DNA of 64,000 nt from a bacterium (GTDB lineage Bacteria; UBA8248; JACPRG01; G963555815). The DNA is taken from contig CBDHDG010000007.1 of assembly GCA_965261595.1 (NCBI GenBank), positions 160,001-224,000 of the forward strand. Direction: 5' to 3'. Made by a program: the position numbers and the translations under genes. Numbering within the stretch: the first letter of the stretch is position 1; every line of letters begins with the position of its first letter. Below the pieces are notes generated by a model, which saw only the letters and a program-made list of their open reading frames with translations, was not told the origin of the DNA and did not search any database. Below are positions 38,746-49,938 of the stretch, in pieces.

Positions 38746-40815
38746 CTATTTCGGGGAACCCGTGTACCCCAGAAGCCGAAAGAGGGTGACCGACCGGATG
38801 ACTTCGGATTTCCCCCGTTTCACATGAAAGAAGGCTTCGCGACTCCAGGTGTTGAACGCACGCCGGACAGATGAGGGCGGCTCAACCCACTCCCCCACCA
38901 TGACCAGCAGCGCCCTCCAGCCCTCCGGGCCATTGGGATAGCCCAGGGTCCGGACCCGGCGAACGCCCGGCTTCTGAAGGGGAACTCCATCGGGCCTCGT
39001 GTAGAAGGAAATCGCCGCCGCCGTTCCGGAATCGGCCGCCAGGAGCACCGTTTCCTCCCCCATTTCTTTGAGGCTTCGGCTCACCCGTTCTCCCAATTGC
39101 CTCCAACCGGTGACCTGATTTGCGAAAACGCTTTCGGGAAGCCATTGGAACTCCAACTTCCGCAGAAGTCCTCCGTTCAGCAGGATCGCAGTGTGGAACA
39201 ACCCCGTCAGTAAAACAAGGGCCAGGATTTTCAAAAGGTGCAGACTTTGATCATTTCGTCGCCGGAGGATCTCAGTGGTTGCGCCAACGGCCGTCATCCA
39301 GGCCGGGAGCCAGATGGGGGCCGCCCATTCGGCGCGCGCGCCACCCGCTTTGCTCCACACCAGGAAACATCCGATCAAGACCGGGAAGAACCACGCAAGA
39401 TGAAGGTATTCCTTGTTCCGCTCCCGCAACCCCTTACAAAAAACCCAAGCCCCCCCCCACAGAATGAAGATCACCAAAGGGGCCGATAATTGAACCAAGG
39501 GCCAAAGCAGGAACGCCCCGAATTCCTCGGGCGGCCCACCGGCCGAAGGCCGCGACCCGGTCTCCGCCCCCAGCGCCCAGGGGGTGAACGTAACGGCGAC
39601 CGCAAAGGCCAGCCCCAAGTAAGGAGCGGCCCGGGTCAGTTGTCGGCGTCCGGCCCGGGTCAGAACCACTCGAAAGACGGCCAGGGGAACGAGGAGAACG
39701 GAAAACGGGTGAGTCCGAACGGCCAGAGCGACACACAGGCCCCAGACCCACCAGCCCCACGGGGGGAGGGCCTCGTCCTCCCGGCCGATGGACCACTCGG
39801 CGGCCGCCAGCGCTCCTGCCCAGAACAGGAAGGAGAGCGTCGTCTCCGTCAGACTCGCGCCGCCGATCCCGAAAACGGGAGCTGCGAGGAGACCGAGTCC
39901 CGCTATCGGACCCGCCCACCTGGACCAGGGAAAAGCGCGCCGAGCCCACGCGTAGAGGATGATGCTCGTCAGGATGGAAGCCGCAATGGAAAAAATCCTC
40001 ACGCCCCATTCCGAATCGCCGAGCAGGCTCACACCCGCCGCGGCCAAAGCCTCGGCGGGCGAAGCGCTGAGCCAACCCCACCCACCGATGTCTCGGGCCT
40101 GATCCCACAAGGCCGCTTCACCGGGCGCCAGATCCGTCCAGCCCGCCCACCCCAGACGAACCAACGCGGCGACACCGAGACAGCACCAGAAAACGACGGA
40201 TGGATTGACGAACACCGGAATCCGGGATCTCGAGATCCGGCCTTGCGGAAAGAACCACCCAACCATGCGCCGGTCAACGGCTTCCAGCCGAAAACGGAAC
40301 ACACGGACGATCAGAAGAGCGACCCCGAGACCCAGGAGCACCCCTGCCAGGACGTCGCCGGGATAGTGTTTTCCGTGCACCACCCTGGACAGGCCGACCA
40401 ATCCCGCGACGGGCAAGGAGATGAAAAACGCCCGTCCATAGAACAAACCGAGAACGACCGCCTGGGCGGCCACGTTCGAGGCATGTCCGGACGGCATGGC
40501 GAAGCTCCGGGTGCAGCCCCCCAGCAGGCGGATCTCCTGCAAAACATGACAAGGCCTCAGCCGGGCGACCAGAGGCTTGATGACATCCGACACCAGGAAC
40601 TCCGTCAGCAGAAGGGCCAACAGCGCCGTCACAACATAAACCCGCGCGCGTGGGCCGCCCAGTATCACCAGGCTCAGGACGGCCAGCGCGATGGGGGCGA
40701 TCCAAAGATTCGCCTGCCCCAACGCCGACAGAAGGACGGAAAACCACTCCGGCCAATTCATTGTGTTGACGAAGTGAAAGAGGTTCAGGTCAAGTGTTTG
40801 TAGTCGGGAGAGCAT
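38746..40815 (-). CDS. PAP2 phosphatase fused to an ArnT/PMT-like (GT-C) glycosyltransferase
   Basis: KPLVARLRP, PSGH, SRVVHGKHYPGD; then multi-TM region with LGDSEWGVR, RAEWAAP, GWRQLG. Confidence 0.8.
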   Translation of the reverse strand: MLSRLQTLDLNLFHFVNTMNWPEWFSVLLSALGQANLWIAPIALAVLSLVILGGPRARVYVVTALLALLLTEFLVSDVIKPLVARLRPCHVLQEIRLLGGCTRSFAMPSGHASNVAAQAVVLGLFYGRAFFISLPVAGLVGLSRVVHGKHYPGDVLAGVLLGLGVALLIVRVFRFRLEAVDRRMVGWFFPQGRISRSRIPVFVNPSVVFWCCLGVAALVRLGWAGWTDLAPGEAALWDQARDIGGWGWLSASPAEALAAAGVSLLGDSEWGVRIFSIAASILTSIILYAWARRAFPWSRWAGPIAGLGLLAAPVFGIGGASLTETTLSFLFWAGALAAAEWSIGREDEALPPWGWWVWGLCVALAVRTHPFSVLLVPLAVFRVVLTRAGRRQLTRAAPYLGLAFAVAVTFTPWALGAETGSRPSAGGPPEEFGAFLLWPLVQLSAPLVIFILWGGAWVFCKGLRERNKEYLHLAWFFPVLIGCFLVWSKAGGARAEWAAPIWLPAWMTAVGATTEILRRRNDQSLHLLKILALVLLTGLFHTAILLNGGLLRKLEFQWLPESVFANQVTGWRQLGERVSRSLKEMGEETVLLAADSGTAAAISFYTRPDGVPLQKPGVRRVRTLGYPNGPEGWRALLVMVGEWVEPPSSVRRAFNTWSREAFFHVKRGKSEVIRSVTLFRLLGYTGSPK

Positions 40816-40895
40816 GTCCGGCCGAATCTAACGTCCAATGGAGAAGGATTGGACTCCGGGAGATGCGCAGGGGTCAGGGCGGCTTCTCTTCAGGC

Positions 40896-41903
40896 CTACG
40901 CAAATTCTCCGCGGAGTTCTCGATTCATCAATTCTTCCAGCGCCGTCTGGGGGCTTTGCCCTTCGAAGAGGATACGATGGGTTTGCTCAATGATCGGAAG
41001 CTCGACCCCTTCCCGCTCGCCGAGATGTTTGGCGGCCTTTGTCGTCTCGACCCCCTCGGCGACCATCTTCATTCCATCCAGGATTTCCGAAAGCTTCTCT
41101 CCACCCCCCAGGCGGAGTCCGACGGTCCGGTTGCGGCTCAACTCTCCCGTCCCGGTGAGGACCAGATCGCCAAACCCTGTGAGACCGGAGAATGTCTTCG
41201 CGTCCGCCCCCATCGCCTCCCCAAGGCGGGTGATTTCGGCCATCCCCCGGACGAGCAGGGCCGCGCGGGCGCTGTATCCGAGGCCCAGGCCGTCGGAGAC
41301 GCCCGCCGTGAGGGCGATAACGTTCTTGAGAGCGCCCCCAAGCTCCACGCCGATCACGTCGTCTCCCGTGTACACCCTGAACGCGGGGCCGGAAAACAGA
41401 TCCTGCACCCAATGGGCGGCTTCGGAATCGTTCGACGCAACCACGGCCGCCGCCGGAAGTCCGATGCTGACCTCCCCGGCGAATGTCGGACCCGACAGGG
41501 CGCACAGCCGGAGTCGGCGCCCCGGGCCGGCGGCTTCCTGAATCGTTCGGGTCATGGTTCGGAGGGATTCTGTTTCGATCCCCTTTGACACACTGATCAC
41601 AATCGCGTTTTCCGGAACCGCGGGAGCGAGCGCTTCCCAGAGCTTCCCGACAATGTGCGAAGGCGCGGCGGATACGATGGCGGCCGCGCCCGCCACCGAG
41701 GCTCTCAGATCATTGGTCGGTGTGATGCGGCGGCTCAAGCGGACGCCGGGAAGAAACACCGGATTCTCGCGTCGCCGCTCGATGGCCTCCCGGACATCGG
41801 GTTCATAGACCCAGAGGCTGACGTCGTTTCCCTGTTGAGCCAGGTGGTGGGCCAGGGTGGTCCCCCAACTCCCGGCGCCGACCACCGCAATTCGTTCGGT
41901 CAT
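40896..41903 (-). CDS. gpsA: Glycerol-3-phosphate dehydrogenase [NAD(P)+]
   Basis: GAGSWG, SKGIE, SGPTFA, GALKNV, GDLVLT, SRN. Confidence 0.97.
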   Translation of the reverse strand: MTERIAVVGAGSWGTTLAHHLAQQGNDVSLWVYEPDVREAIERRRENPVFLPGVRLSRRITPTNDLRASVAGAAAIVSAAPSHIVGKLWEALAPAVPENAIVISVSKGIETESLRTMTRTIQEAAGPGRRLRLCALSGPTFAGEVSIGLPAAAVVASNDSEAAHWVQDLFSGPAFRVYTGDDVIGVELGGALKNVIALTAGVSDGLGLGYSARAALLVRGMAEITRLGEAMGADAKTFSGLTGFGDLVLTGTGELSRNRTVGLRLGGGEKLSEILDGMKMVAEGVETTKAAKHLGEREGVELPIIEQTHRILFEGQSPQTALEELMNRELRGEFA

Positions 41904-41964
41904 GAGATTTCCTAAGAAACCGCTCAGTTCGTCGAGTTTCCGATCCACTCGCCGGGTCGGCTCG

Positions 41965-43452
41965 TTAACCTTTGATGCATCCGATGGGCTTCAGCCGGGC
42001 GACCTTTTTGGCGATGCCCGCCGCATGGACCACGTCCACCACGTCCACCACGTCTTTGTAGGCTTCCGGCATCTCCTCGGCCATCGTAGCCCGGCCGGCC
42101 GTCATGACGAAGACGCCGCGGTCTTCCATCTCGCGGTGAAGCGCCCGTCCTCTCGCGGATTTTTTCGCCGCGTGCCGGCTCAACCGGCGGCCCGCTCCGT
42201 GACAGGTGCTGCCGAAGCACTCGCCCATGGCGCCGACCGTTCCCGCCAGGACGAAAGAGTGGCGTCCCATGTCGCCGGGAATCAGGACCGGCTGGCCGAC
42301 CTTCCGGTAATCAGCGGGAACCTCTTCATGGCCGGGCGGAAACGCCCGGGTGGCGCCCTTGCGATGGACGGCCACCTTTTGTTTTTTCCCGTTCACCGCA
42401 TGATCTTCCAGTTTTACGATGTTGTGGGCGAAGTCGTACAAGGTCGTCATCCCCAGTTCCCGGGGCGAGATGCCGAGGACGCGGAGAAAGGCCTCCTCGA
42501 CTTTGCCGTGGATGCATTGGCGGTTCGCCCACGCGAAGTTGGCGGCGGCCCGCATGGCGCCCAGATAGGCCCTCCCCTCGGGAGAATCCAGCGGGGCGCA
42601 GGCCAACTGGCGGTCCGGAAGCCGGATGCCGTAGCGGACCATCGCCTTTTCCATCACCCCCAGAAAGTCCGTGCACACTTGGTGACCCAGGCCGCGGGAG
42701 CCGGTGTGAATCATCACGGTGATCTCCCCGGGGAACAAGCCGAAGGCGTCGGCGATTCGGGAATCGAAGATTTCCCGCACGACCTGGATCTCGACGAAGT
42801 GGTTGCCGGAACCGAGGGTGCCGAGCTGCCGGCGGCCGCGCTCGAAGGCCTTATCGCTCACCTCGTCCGGAACCGCGCCGGCCAGCGCCCCGCCGGACTC
42901 CACGTGCGGGAGGTCGGATGACGAGCCGAATCCCCGTCCGACGGCCCATCGGGCGCCCTGCGTGAGCAGGGGGGCTTTGTCTCCGTCGGCGAGGCGAAGG
43001 TCGCCGCGGGAGCCGACACCGGAGGGAATCCCCTGAAAAAGGGCCGTGACCAGCGGCCGGATCTTGTCTTCGACATCTTCGATGCGGAGATGGGTCCGCA
43101 GAAGACGGACACCGCAATTGATGTCGAACCCCACGCCGCCGGGACTGACCACTCCATCCCGTTGGGGATCGGTGGCGACAACGCCTCCGATGGGCAATCC
43201 GTAGCCGAAGTGGATGTCCGGCATGGCGATGGAGGCCTTGACGATTCCGGGCAACGTGGCGCCGTTGGCGACTTGATCGAGGCAATCATCCTTGAGAATT
43301 TCCTGAAGCAAACGTCCACTCGCGTAAACGAGTCCCGGCGCCCTCATGCCGGGCTTGTATTCTTTGGGAATCTCGTAGCGGTGCTCGTCAATCTTGACGA
43401 GGGACACGGCCATGGGCTTCTGAACCTCCTCTTGAGACCCGAGGCTAGACAT
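41965..43452 (-). CDS. rtcB: RNA 3'-phosphate/5'-OH ligase RtcB (archaeal-type length)
   Basis: MPDIHFGYGLPIGG, GFDINCG, GSGNHF, HTGSRG, HRKGAT, HGAGR. Confidence 0.97.
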   Translation of the reverse strand: MSSLGSQEEVQKPMAVSLVKIDEHRYEIPKEYKPGMRAPGLVYASGRLLQEILKDDCLDQVANGATLPGIVKASIAMPDIHFGYGLPIGGVVATDPQRDGVVSPGGVGFDINCGVRLLRTHLRIEDVEDKIRPLVTALFQGIPSGVGSRGDLRLADGDKAPLLTQGARWAVGRGFGSSSDLPHVESGGALAGAVPDEVSDKAFERGRRQLGTLGSGNHFVEIQVVREIFDSRIADAFGLFPGEITVMIHTGSRGLGHQVCTDFLGVMEKAMVRYGIRLPDRQLACAPLDSPEGRAYLGAMRAAANFAWANRQCIHGKVEEAFLRVLGISPRELGMTTLYDFAHNIVKLEDHAVNGKKQKVAVHRKGATRAFPPGHEEVPADYRKVGQPVLIPGDMGRHSFVLAGTVGAMGECFGSTCHGAGRRLSRHAAKKSARGRALHREMEDRGVFVMTAGRATMAEEMPEAYKDVVDVVDVVHAAGIAKKVARLKPIGCIKG

Positions 43453-43873
43453 CCACTATGACATACGCCCGCCACCCGCCCGGCTCGTGGACCACCTTCA
43501 GCCGGTGCAGGGTCACGGCCTTGACCTCCAGGCCGAGGGCGTGGCGCTCGGGGTCCACCGCCTCCCCAATCAACAGCCCCTCCACCTGGGTGTTCGTCCA
43601 TCGGGAGATCCGGACATCGCAAGCGAGAAATCCGTGAATCTCATGAAGGTAAATGGCCTCGTTCAACCAGCGGAAAAAGAGGTCTTCAACGTTTTCCCCG
43701 CTGACCCGGCAGGGGATCGGTCGCCGGGGCTCGACGGTCCCCGGGTCGCACATCACGCTGAACAGTCCCCGGATCGCTTCCCGGAAGATGTCCTCCGCTT
43801 CGGGACCCCAGGTCTCGATGGCCACATCCGCCGTCGTCGGACTCAGTCGAAACCCCGCGCTTGCTTCATCCAT
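43445..43873 (-). CDS. Archease
   Basis: TADV..EVKAVTLH..IVDV; overlaps the rtcB start. Confidence 0.92.
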   Translation of the reverse strand: MDEASAGFRLSPTTADVAIETWGPEAEDIFREAIRGLFSVMCDPGTVEPRRPIPCRVSGENVEDLFFRWLNEAIYLHEIHGFLACDVRISRWTNTQVEGLLIGEAVDPERHALGLEVKAVTLHRLKVVHEPGGWRAYVIVDV

Positions 43874-43888
43874 GAAGAATCGATGGTC

Positions 43889-45328
43889 TCAAGGTTCATA
43901 CAGGATCTCGCTTTTGATGGCGAGCCGGTTCAGCTTGATGGTGGGTGGAAATTTCGGAAACGGAGCGGACTTCCGGATGGCCATCATGGCCTCTTCGTCA
44001 AAGAGCGGAAAACCGGAGCTGCGGAGGAGCTTAAGCGTCGCCAGCCGGCCGTCGCGGGTCACTTCGAACCGGACGACGACCTTCCCGCGGACTTTCCCCG
44101 TGGCGGCGGCCTCCGGGAAGTAGAGGCGCTCATCGATTTTCTTCCAAATCGCGTATCGATACCCCCTGTATCGAACGTCCTGAGTCAGAAGAGGCGCAAG
44201 CCGGGCTTTTTTCCTGGAACGGGGATGTTTCTTTCTCGGGGAGGCGGCGGCGTCGAAAGGACGCGAGCGGACCGAGCTCAGGAGCCCCCTAAGGGTCTTC
44301 GGCTTCGACCTCCGAATCTTGGGCTTGGGGGAAAGACGAACGAAGTTATCGACCTTGACAGAGGCCACAATCTCTCGGGGGGGAGGGTCCGGTCTTTTGA
44401 TCGGGCGCCGGAGTCTCGTAGGCGCGACAGCGGATCGAGCCTGGATTTTGGCGGGAGCCCGCCTCGATCGCGCCTGCTTCGGCCGGATCCGGACCGCTTT
44501 CTTGCGTCGGGGGGTTGCAGCTTTATTGGGTGCAAGCCGCCGGCCGCTCCTTGCGTGACCGCCCCTTTTTCGAACGGCCGCCACGCGCTTTCGTGGGACC
44601 GCCCGTCCGGACCGCTTGGATTTGGAAGTGGCAAGGGCCGGGGATTTCCGCGGGGGGGGAGGCGCTTTGACCGGACTTTCCACCTTGGGAATTCCGGACC
44701 CCGCGATCCGGTCTAATTTTTCTGAATTCTTCCCGACGATCGGCCGGACCGGCGGGTCCGCCTTTTCCAAAAGCGGAGGCGGAGGCGTCCGCAAAGCCGG
44801 CCGCGTGATTTTTTCGGGCCTCGTTCCCGGGAGAGGATTTGGGGCCGACGGAAGGCTTGCAAGGTCCGGCCGGGCGGCCGGTCCGGCCGGAGGGAGCCCC
44901 GGGTTCGTTTCACCGGGGTGCGCGCCGCCGACGGAAGGCGGCGTTTCAATCGAAATTTTCTTCTCAAAGACCCGTCGGGTTTCGGCCCTGGCGCTCAGTT
45001 TCACGGGGGGGGGGGGGGGCCGGACAATCGAAATGGTTTCGACGGATGGTGATTTTTTTTCCGTGGCAGGGACGCCGGCGGACCGGGAGACGGACGGTTG
45101 AAGCGGAGGAGATTTCTGATCCTCCGATTCCTTGACGGCCGCCGATTTGACGGCGGAGGGCGGGGCGGGGACGGAGGTTTGAATGCGCACGCGCACCGGT
45201 TTTCGTTTGTTCAGGCCGCTTCCGGCCGGCAAAGACGAAGGGGCGGGCAGCAGGACGGCGGCAAGCGCCCCCACCACATGGATGAAGGTGGACAGCAGAA
45301 TAAACGGGAAGAAACCGGTTCTGGACAT
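43889..45328 (-). CDS. TonB-family energy transducer with long Pro/Lys/Arg-rich linker
   Basis: N-terminal TM with S..H (STFIH); C-terminal GKVVVRFEV..SSGFPLFDEEA..APFP. Confidence 0.85.
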   Translation of the reverse strand: MSRTGFFPFILLSTFIHVVGALAAVLLPAPSSLPAGSGLNKRKPVRVRIQTSVPAPPSAVKSAAVKESEDQKSPPLQPSVSRSAGVPATEKKSPSVETISIVRPPPPPVKLSARAETRRVFEKKISIETPPSVGGAHPGETNPGLPPAGPAARPDLASLPSAPNPLPGTRPEKITRPALRTPPPPLLEKADPPVRPIVGKNSEKLDRIAGSGIPKVESPVKAPPPPRKSPALATSKSKRSGRAVPRKRVAAVRKRGGHARSGRRLAPNKAATPRRKKAVRIRPKQARSRRAPAKIQARSAVAPTRLRRPIKRPDPPPREIVASVKVDNFVRLSPKPKIRRSKPKTLRGLLSSVRSRPFDAAASPRKKHPRSRKKARLAPLLTQDVRYRGYRYAIWKKIDERLYFPEAAATGKVRGKVVVRFEVTRDGRLATLKLLRSSGFPLFDEEAMMAIRKSAPFPKFPPTIKLNRLAIKSEILYEP

Positions 45329-45492
45329 CGCTTGGACAAACTTTCCGGGCCTGACCGGCCGCCATCAAGGTTACACCAAAAGCCGGAACCCCTTGTATTT
45401 ATGAAATATAGCGCGGATCGGGCTCGGGGTCCAACGCTTGAGCCGATCGGATAAGGGGAACGTCGAATCGCGCGAGGCGAATCGCGCGGGCC

Positions 45493-45529
45493 AAAAAAAA
45501 AGCCCGCGCCCCCGAAAGGGCGCGGGCTC
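45493..45529 (-). terminator. Rho-independent terminator of groESL
   Basis: AGCCCGCGCCC-loop-GGGCGCGGGCT followed by a T-tract on the minus strand. Confidence 0.9.
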
Positions 45530-45555
45530 TGTGCAACTGAGCCTTTACGGCCGGT

Positions 45556-47184
<1,629 letters not shown>

Positions 47185-47247
47185 CTAGGTTTCCTCCTGT
47201 ATCCTGAAACCTTCCGTGTTCTTTTCGGGTTCCTCAGCGGCTCGCTG

Positions 47248-47535
47248 CTATACGATGACCGCGAGGACATCATCCTCTCGCATGATGAGCAACTCTTCGC
47301 CGTCCATCTTCACTTCCGTCCCGGCGTATTTGGCGAAGAGCACACGATCTCCCTTTTTGACCTCAAGGGCCTGCTTGCCGCCATCCTTGAGTATCCGGCC
47401 CGAGCCGACCGCTACAATCTCCCCCTCCTGGGGCTTTTCCTTGGCGGTGTCAGGGATGATGATCCCCCCCTGTTTTTTTTCTTCCTCTTCCAGGGGCCGC
47501 ACCAGGATGCGATCTTGGAGTGGCCTAACCTTCAT
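47248..47535 (-). CDS. groES: Co-chaperonin GroES
   Basis: [25 protein letters not shown]. Confidence 0.99.
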   Translation of the reverse strand: MKVRPLQDRILVRPLEEEEKKQGGIIIPDTAKEKPQEGEIVAVGSGRILKDGGKQALEVKKGDRVLFAKYAGTEVKMDGEELLIMREDDVLAVIV

Positions 47536-47694
47536 GGGTTCTCTCTCCTTCGCGGTGATGGTTCAGAACGCCACAATCGAAAACACGAAACCTCGCGTTC
47601 CGAGGGCGCGCCATTGAGGACAGTTCCCGGTATTTCAATTTACACGGGACCCAGCTTCACGAAAATGATGAAAACTCAAGCACCCTTGCAAAAT

Positions 47695-47751
47695 TTAGCA
47701 CTCTATCTGCCCGAGTGCTAGTAATATACTCAAGTTGTGTTGAGGTGGCAA
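47695..47751 (-). promoter_or_regulatory. CIRCE operator with sigma70-type groESL promoter
   Basis: TTAGCACTC-N9-GAGTGCTAG at 47695-47721; TTGCCA and TATATT just upstream on the minus strand. Confidence 0.95.
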
Positions 47752-47927
47752 GAAAAAAATCGAATTTCTCCGTGAATTTTTCGCTTTCATTCAATTCGAC
47801 GCGGTGTTTTGGCGGCGGCAGGTCAACCAACCCGCGCTTTACGGCTTTCGCGAATGGGTGAACCCGAGATTGGATTTCGCCCCCGCACTCTTCGTTTCAA
47901 CAGGCGGGAGAGAAATCCAGGCTGAAA

Positions 47928-48791
47928 TCAGGGCCGAGTTTTCCCAATCTGATACATGATGTTTTCGTCTTGCCACTCGATATATCGGGGGTCGTTGAAA
48001 TCACGCGAGATGTTTTCGCGGAAGGTCTCGATGGCCGCTTCCAACGCCTTTTCGCCATAAAGCGAGAAGGTTGAGTAATGCTTGTTGCGCACCTGTCCCA
48101 ACAGGCGGTTCAAATCGGAGGTCCGGGAATAAAAAAATCTTTCGGCGGCCATCAGATGAAGGCCGTCCGCTTCTTCGATGCGTCTTTCCATGTTGGTGGA
48201 TTCGAGCAGCCGTGTCTCTATTTTCAGGAAATCCGGGAAATGCCGCCCCCAGATCGACCGCGCGTTCTGAGCGGGGGTCCGGGTGTAGATGAAGATCCGG
48301 CCGTTCTCCTTGATGGCGCGGCCGACCTTGGCAATAAACCTCGCGACGTCGAAATGATGCACCGCGTTGAAGGAAAATACACCGTCCAGGGATTCATCCT
48401 CGAGCCTCAGATCCTCGGCCCGACTTAAGAGGGTTTCGTAATTGGAGATTCCATGATCCTTCAGGTTTTGAGAGAGCTCGGCAAGCATCCCCGAATTTAC
48501 ATCGACGCACGTGAGCGTCAGATTGGGGATGTTTTGAAACAGTAAAAAGGTGTATCGGCCGGTGCCGCAGCCGATTTCCATCCCCTTCGTGGCGTCGCGA
48601 TCCCCCAGTCCGTTCCGGATGCGGCGGATGGGCTCCTCGTCCGTTGTCCGCACATCACGATACACTTTGGCGATCTTCGTGAAATGGTCGTTCATTTCCC
48701 TTTGCGTTTTCAAAGAAGCGTCGATTTTCAATGATCTCCCAACATGCCCCCCCGTCAAACGAACCCCTTCTACCGCTGGGGATCCGACCAA
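47928..48791 (-). CDS. Class I SAM-dependent methyltransferase
   Basis: EIGCGTGRY, NAVHHF; lower GC; start may be 48695. Confidence 0.88.
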   Translation of the reverse strand: MVGSPAVEGVRLTGGHVGRSLKIDASLKTQREMNDHFTKIAKVYRDVRTTDEEPIRRIRNGLGDRDATKGMEIGCGTGRYTFLLFQNIPNLTLTCVDVNSGMLAELSQNLKDHGISNYETLLSRAEDLRLEDESLDGVFSFNAVHHFDVARFIAKVGRAIKENGRIFIYTRTPAQNARSIWGRHFPDFLKIETRLLESTNMERRIEEADGLHLMAAERFFYSRTSDLNRLLGQVRNKHYSTFSLYGEKALEAAIETFRENISRDFNDPRYIEWQDENIMYQIGKTRP

Positions 48792-48880
48792 GCGAGCGTC
48801 CGTTAGAAAAGTAGAATGGTCGCATTCTCGGGAGTCCGACCAAGCGAGCGCCCGTTAGAAAAGTAGAATGGTCGCATTCT
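48783..48880. repeat. 46-bp direct tandem repeat (52-bp period) containing palindrome AGAATG-N4-CATTCT
   Basis: Copies at 48783-48828 and 48835-48880 differ at one position. Confidence 0.9.
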
Positions 48881-49060
48881 ATGGAATTTCAGGAGAATGT
48901 CAATCCGGGTTTCACCGGATTGGAGTTGACCACATTTCAAGGACACCTGATACTCTGGGAGACGAAAGCGGGGGGCCGCCACGTCCAAGCCGCATCCACG
49001 GCATCCGACAGAGCCGAACCCCAATCGTTTGGCACGGATTTTTCCCCATCCTCGACAACC

Positions 49061-49867
49061 GTGAAACCGCACTTGATAGAACCTCCCCGGGTTCACATTT
49101 TGGGCGCCTCATCCGCCCGGCCGTCGCCGAACCGGGACCATTCGTCCATGGTTGTGGATTTCGGGGGAGACCTGACACTCGTCGACTGCTCGGCCAATCC
49201 GATCGGAAAGATTCTACGCCTGGGCCTCGACCCCTTCGAGGTGGGGCGGGTGCTGGTCACACACGCCCATCCGGACCACACCTATGGGTTTCCATCCGTC
49301 ATTTATTCTCTAAAGACGCACCCCCCGATTCGTACAAAACCCCTCGCTGTCCATGCACCAAAGCGTTCCCTGGACCTGCTTTCGGATTTATGGCGCGCCT
49401 ACGGATTCGGTGACCCCGATAAGCCTCTCCCCTTCGATGTGGCGTTTCACGAGATCCCGCTACGGGAATGCCATCTCATTGTAGAGGGCGGGAATTACGG
49501 GATCCGCTCGACCCCGGTCGTTCACAAGGATCAGGAGGTTGTCGCCTTCCAGTTCGACGATGAGCAAACGGGAAAATCCCTGACGGTTTCCGCCGACACC
49601 GAACCTTGTCCGGCGCTGGATCGTCTGGCCGCCGAGACGGACCTGTTGATCATGGAGGCCGGACGCCAGGGCGGAGAAGATCTACCCGGCCATTCAACCG
49701 GCGAAGAAGCCGGAGAGACGGCCGCCCGAGCCGGTGCGGGGCGGCTCCTTCTGATTCACGTCGTGGCGACGAATCCCGCCATGGAGGCGGAGCTGACTTC
49801 AGCGGCGGCCAAAGCCTTCGGCGGCCGGGTCGAGATCGCCGAAGACATGAAAACCGATGCTTTCTAG
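49061..49867 (+). CDS. MBL-fold metallo-hydrolase (RNase Z/AtsA-like)
   Basis: HILGAS, LVDC, THAHPDH, SADT, GHST, LIH; ORF is open back to 48881. Confidence 0.88.
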   Translation: MKPHLIEPPRVHILGASSARPSPNRDHSSMVVDFGGDLTLVDCSANPIGKILRLGLDPFEVGRVLVTHAHPDHTYGFPSVIYSLKTHPPIRTKPLAVHAPKRSLDLLSDLWRAYGFGDPDKPLPFDVAFHEIPLRECHLIVEGGNYGIRSTPVVHKDQEVVAFQFDDEQTGKSLTVSADTEPCPALDRLAAETDLLIMEAGRQGGEDLPGHSTGEEAGETAARAGAGRLLLIHVVATNPAMEAELTSAAAKAFGGRVEIAEDMKTDAF

Positions 49868-49938
49868 CGAGCCGGCGCGGCGTTGACTCGAAAGAGCAAT
49901 CCTCGGCCCGGGACAAACCTTGAAAACCGCCCACCGAA

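Noticed and set aside
48783..48880. CRISPR array
   Set aside because: Only two repeats with a 6-bp gap and no cas genes.
49029..49045. Sigma54 promoter TTGGCACGGATTTTTC
   Set aside because: Good -24 element but the -12 GC is missing.
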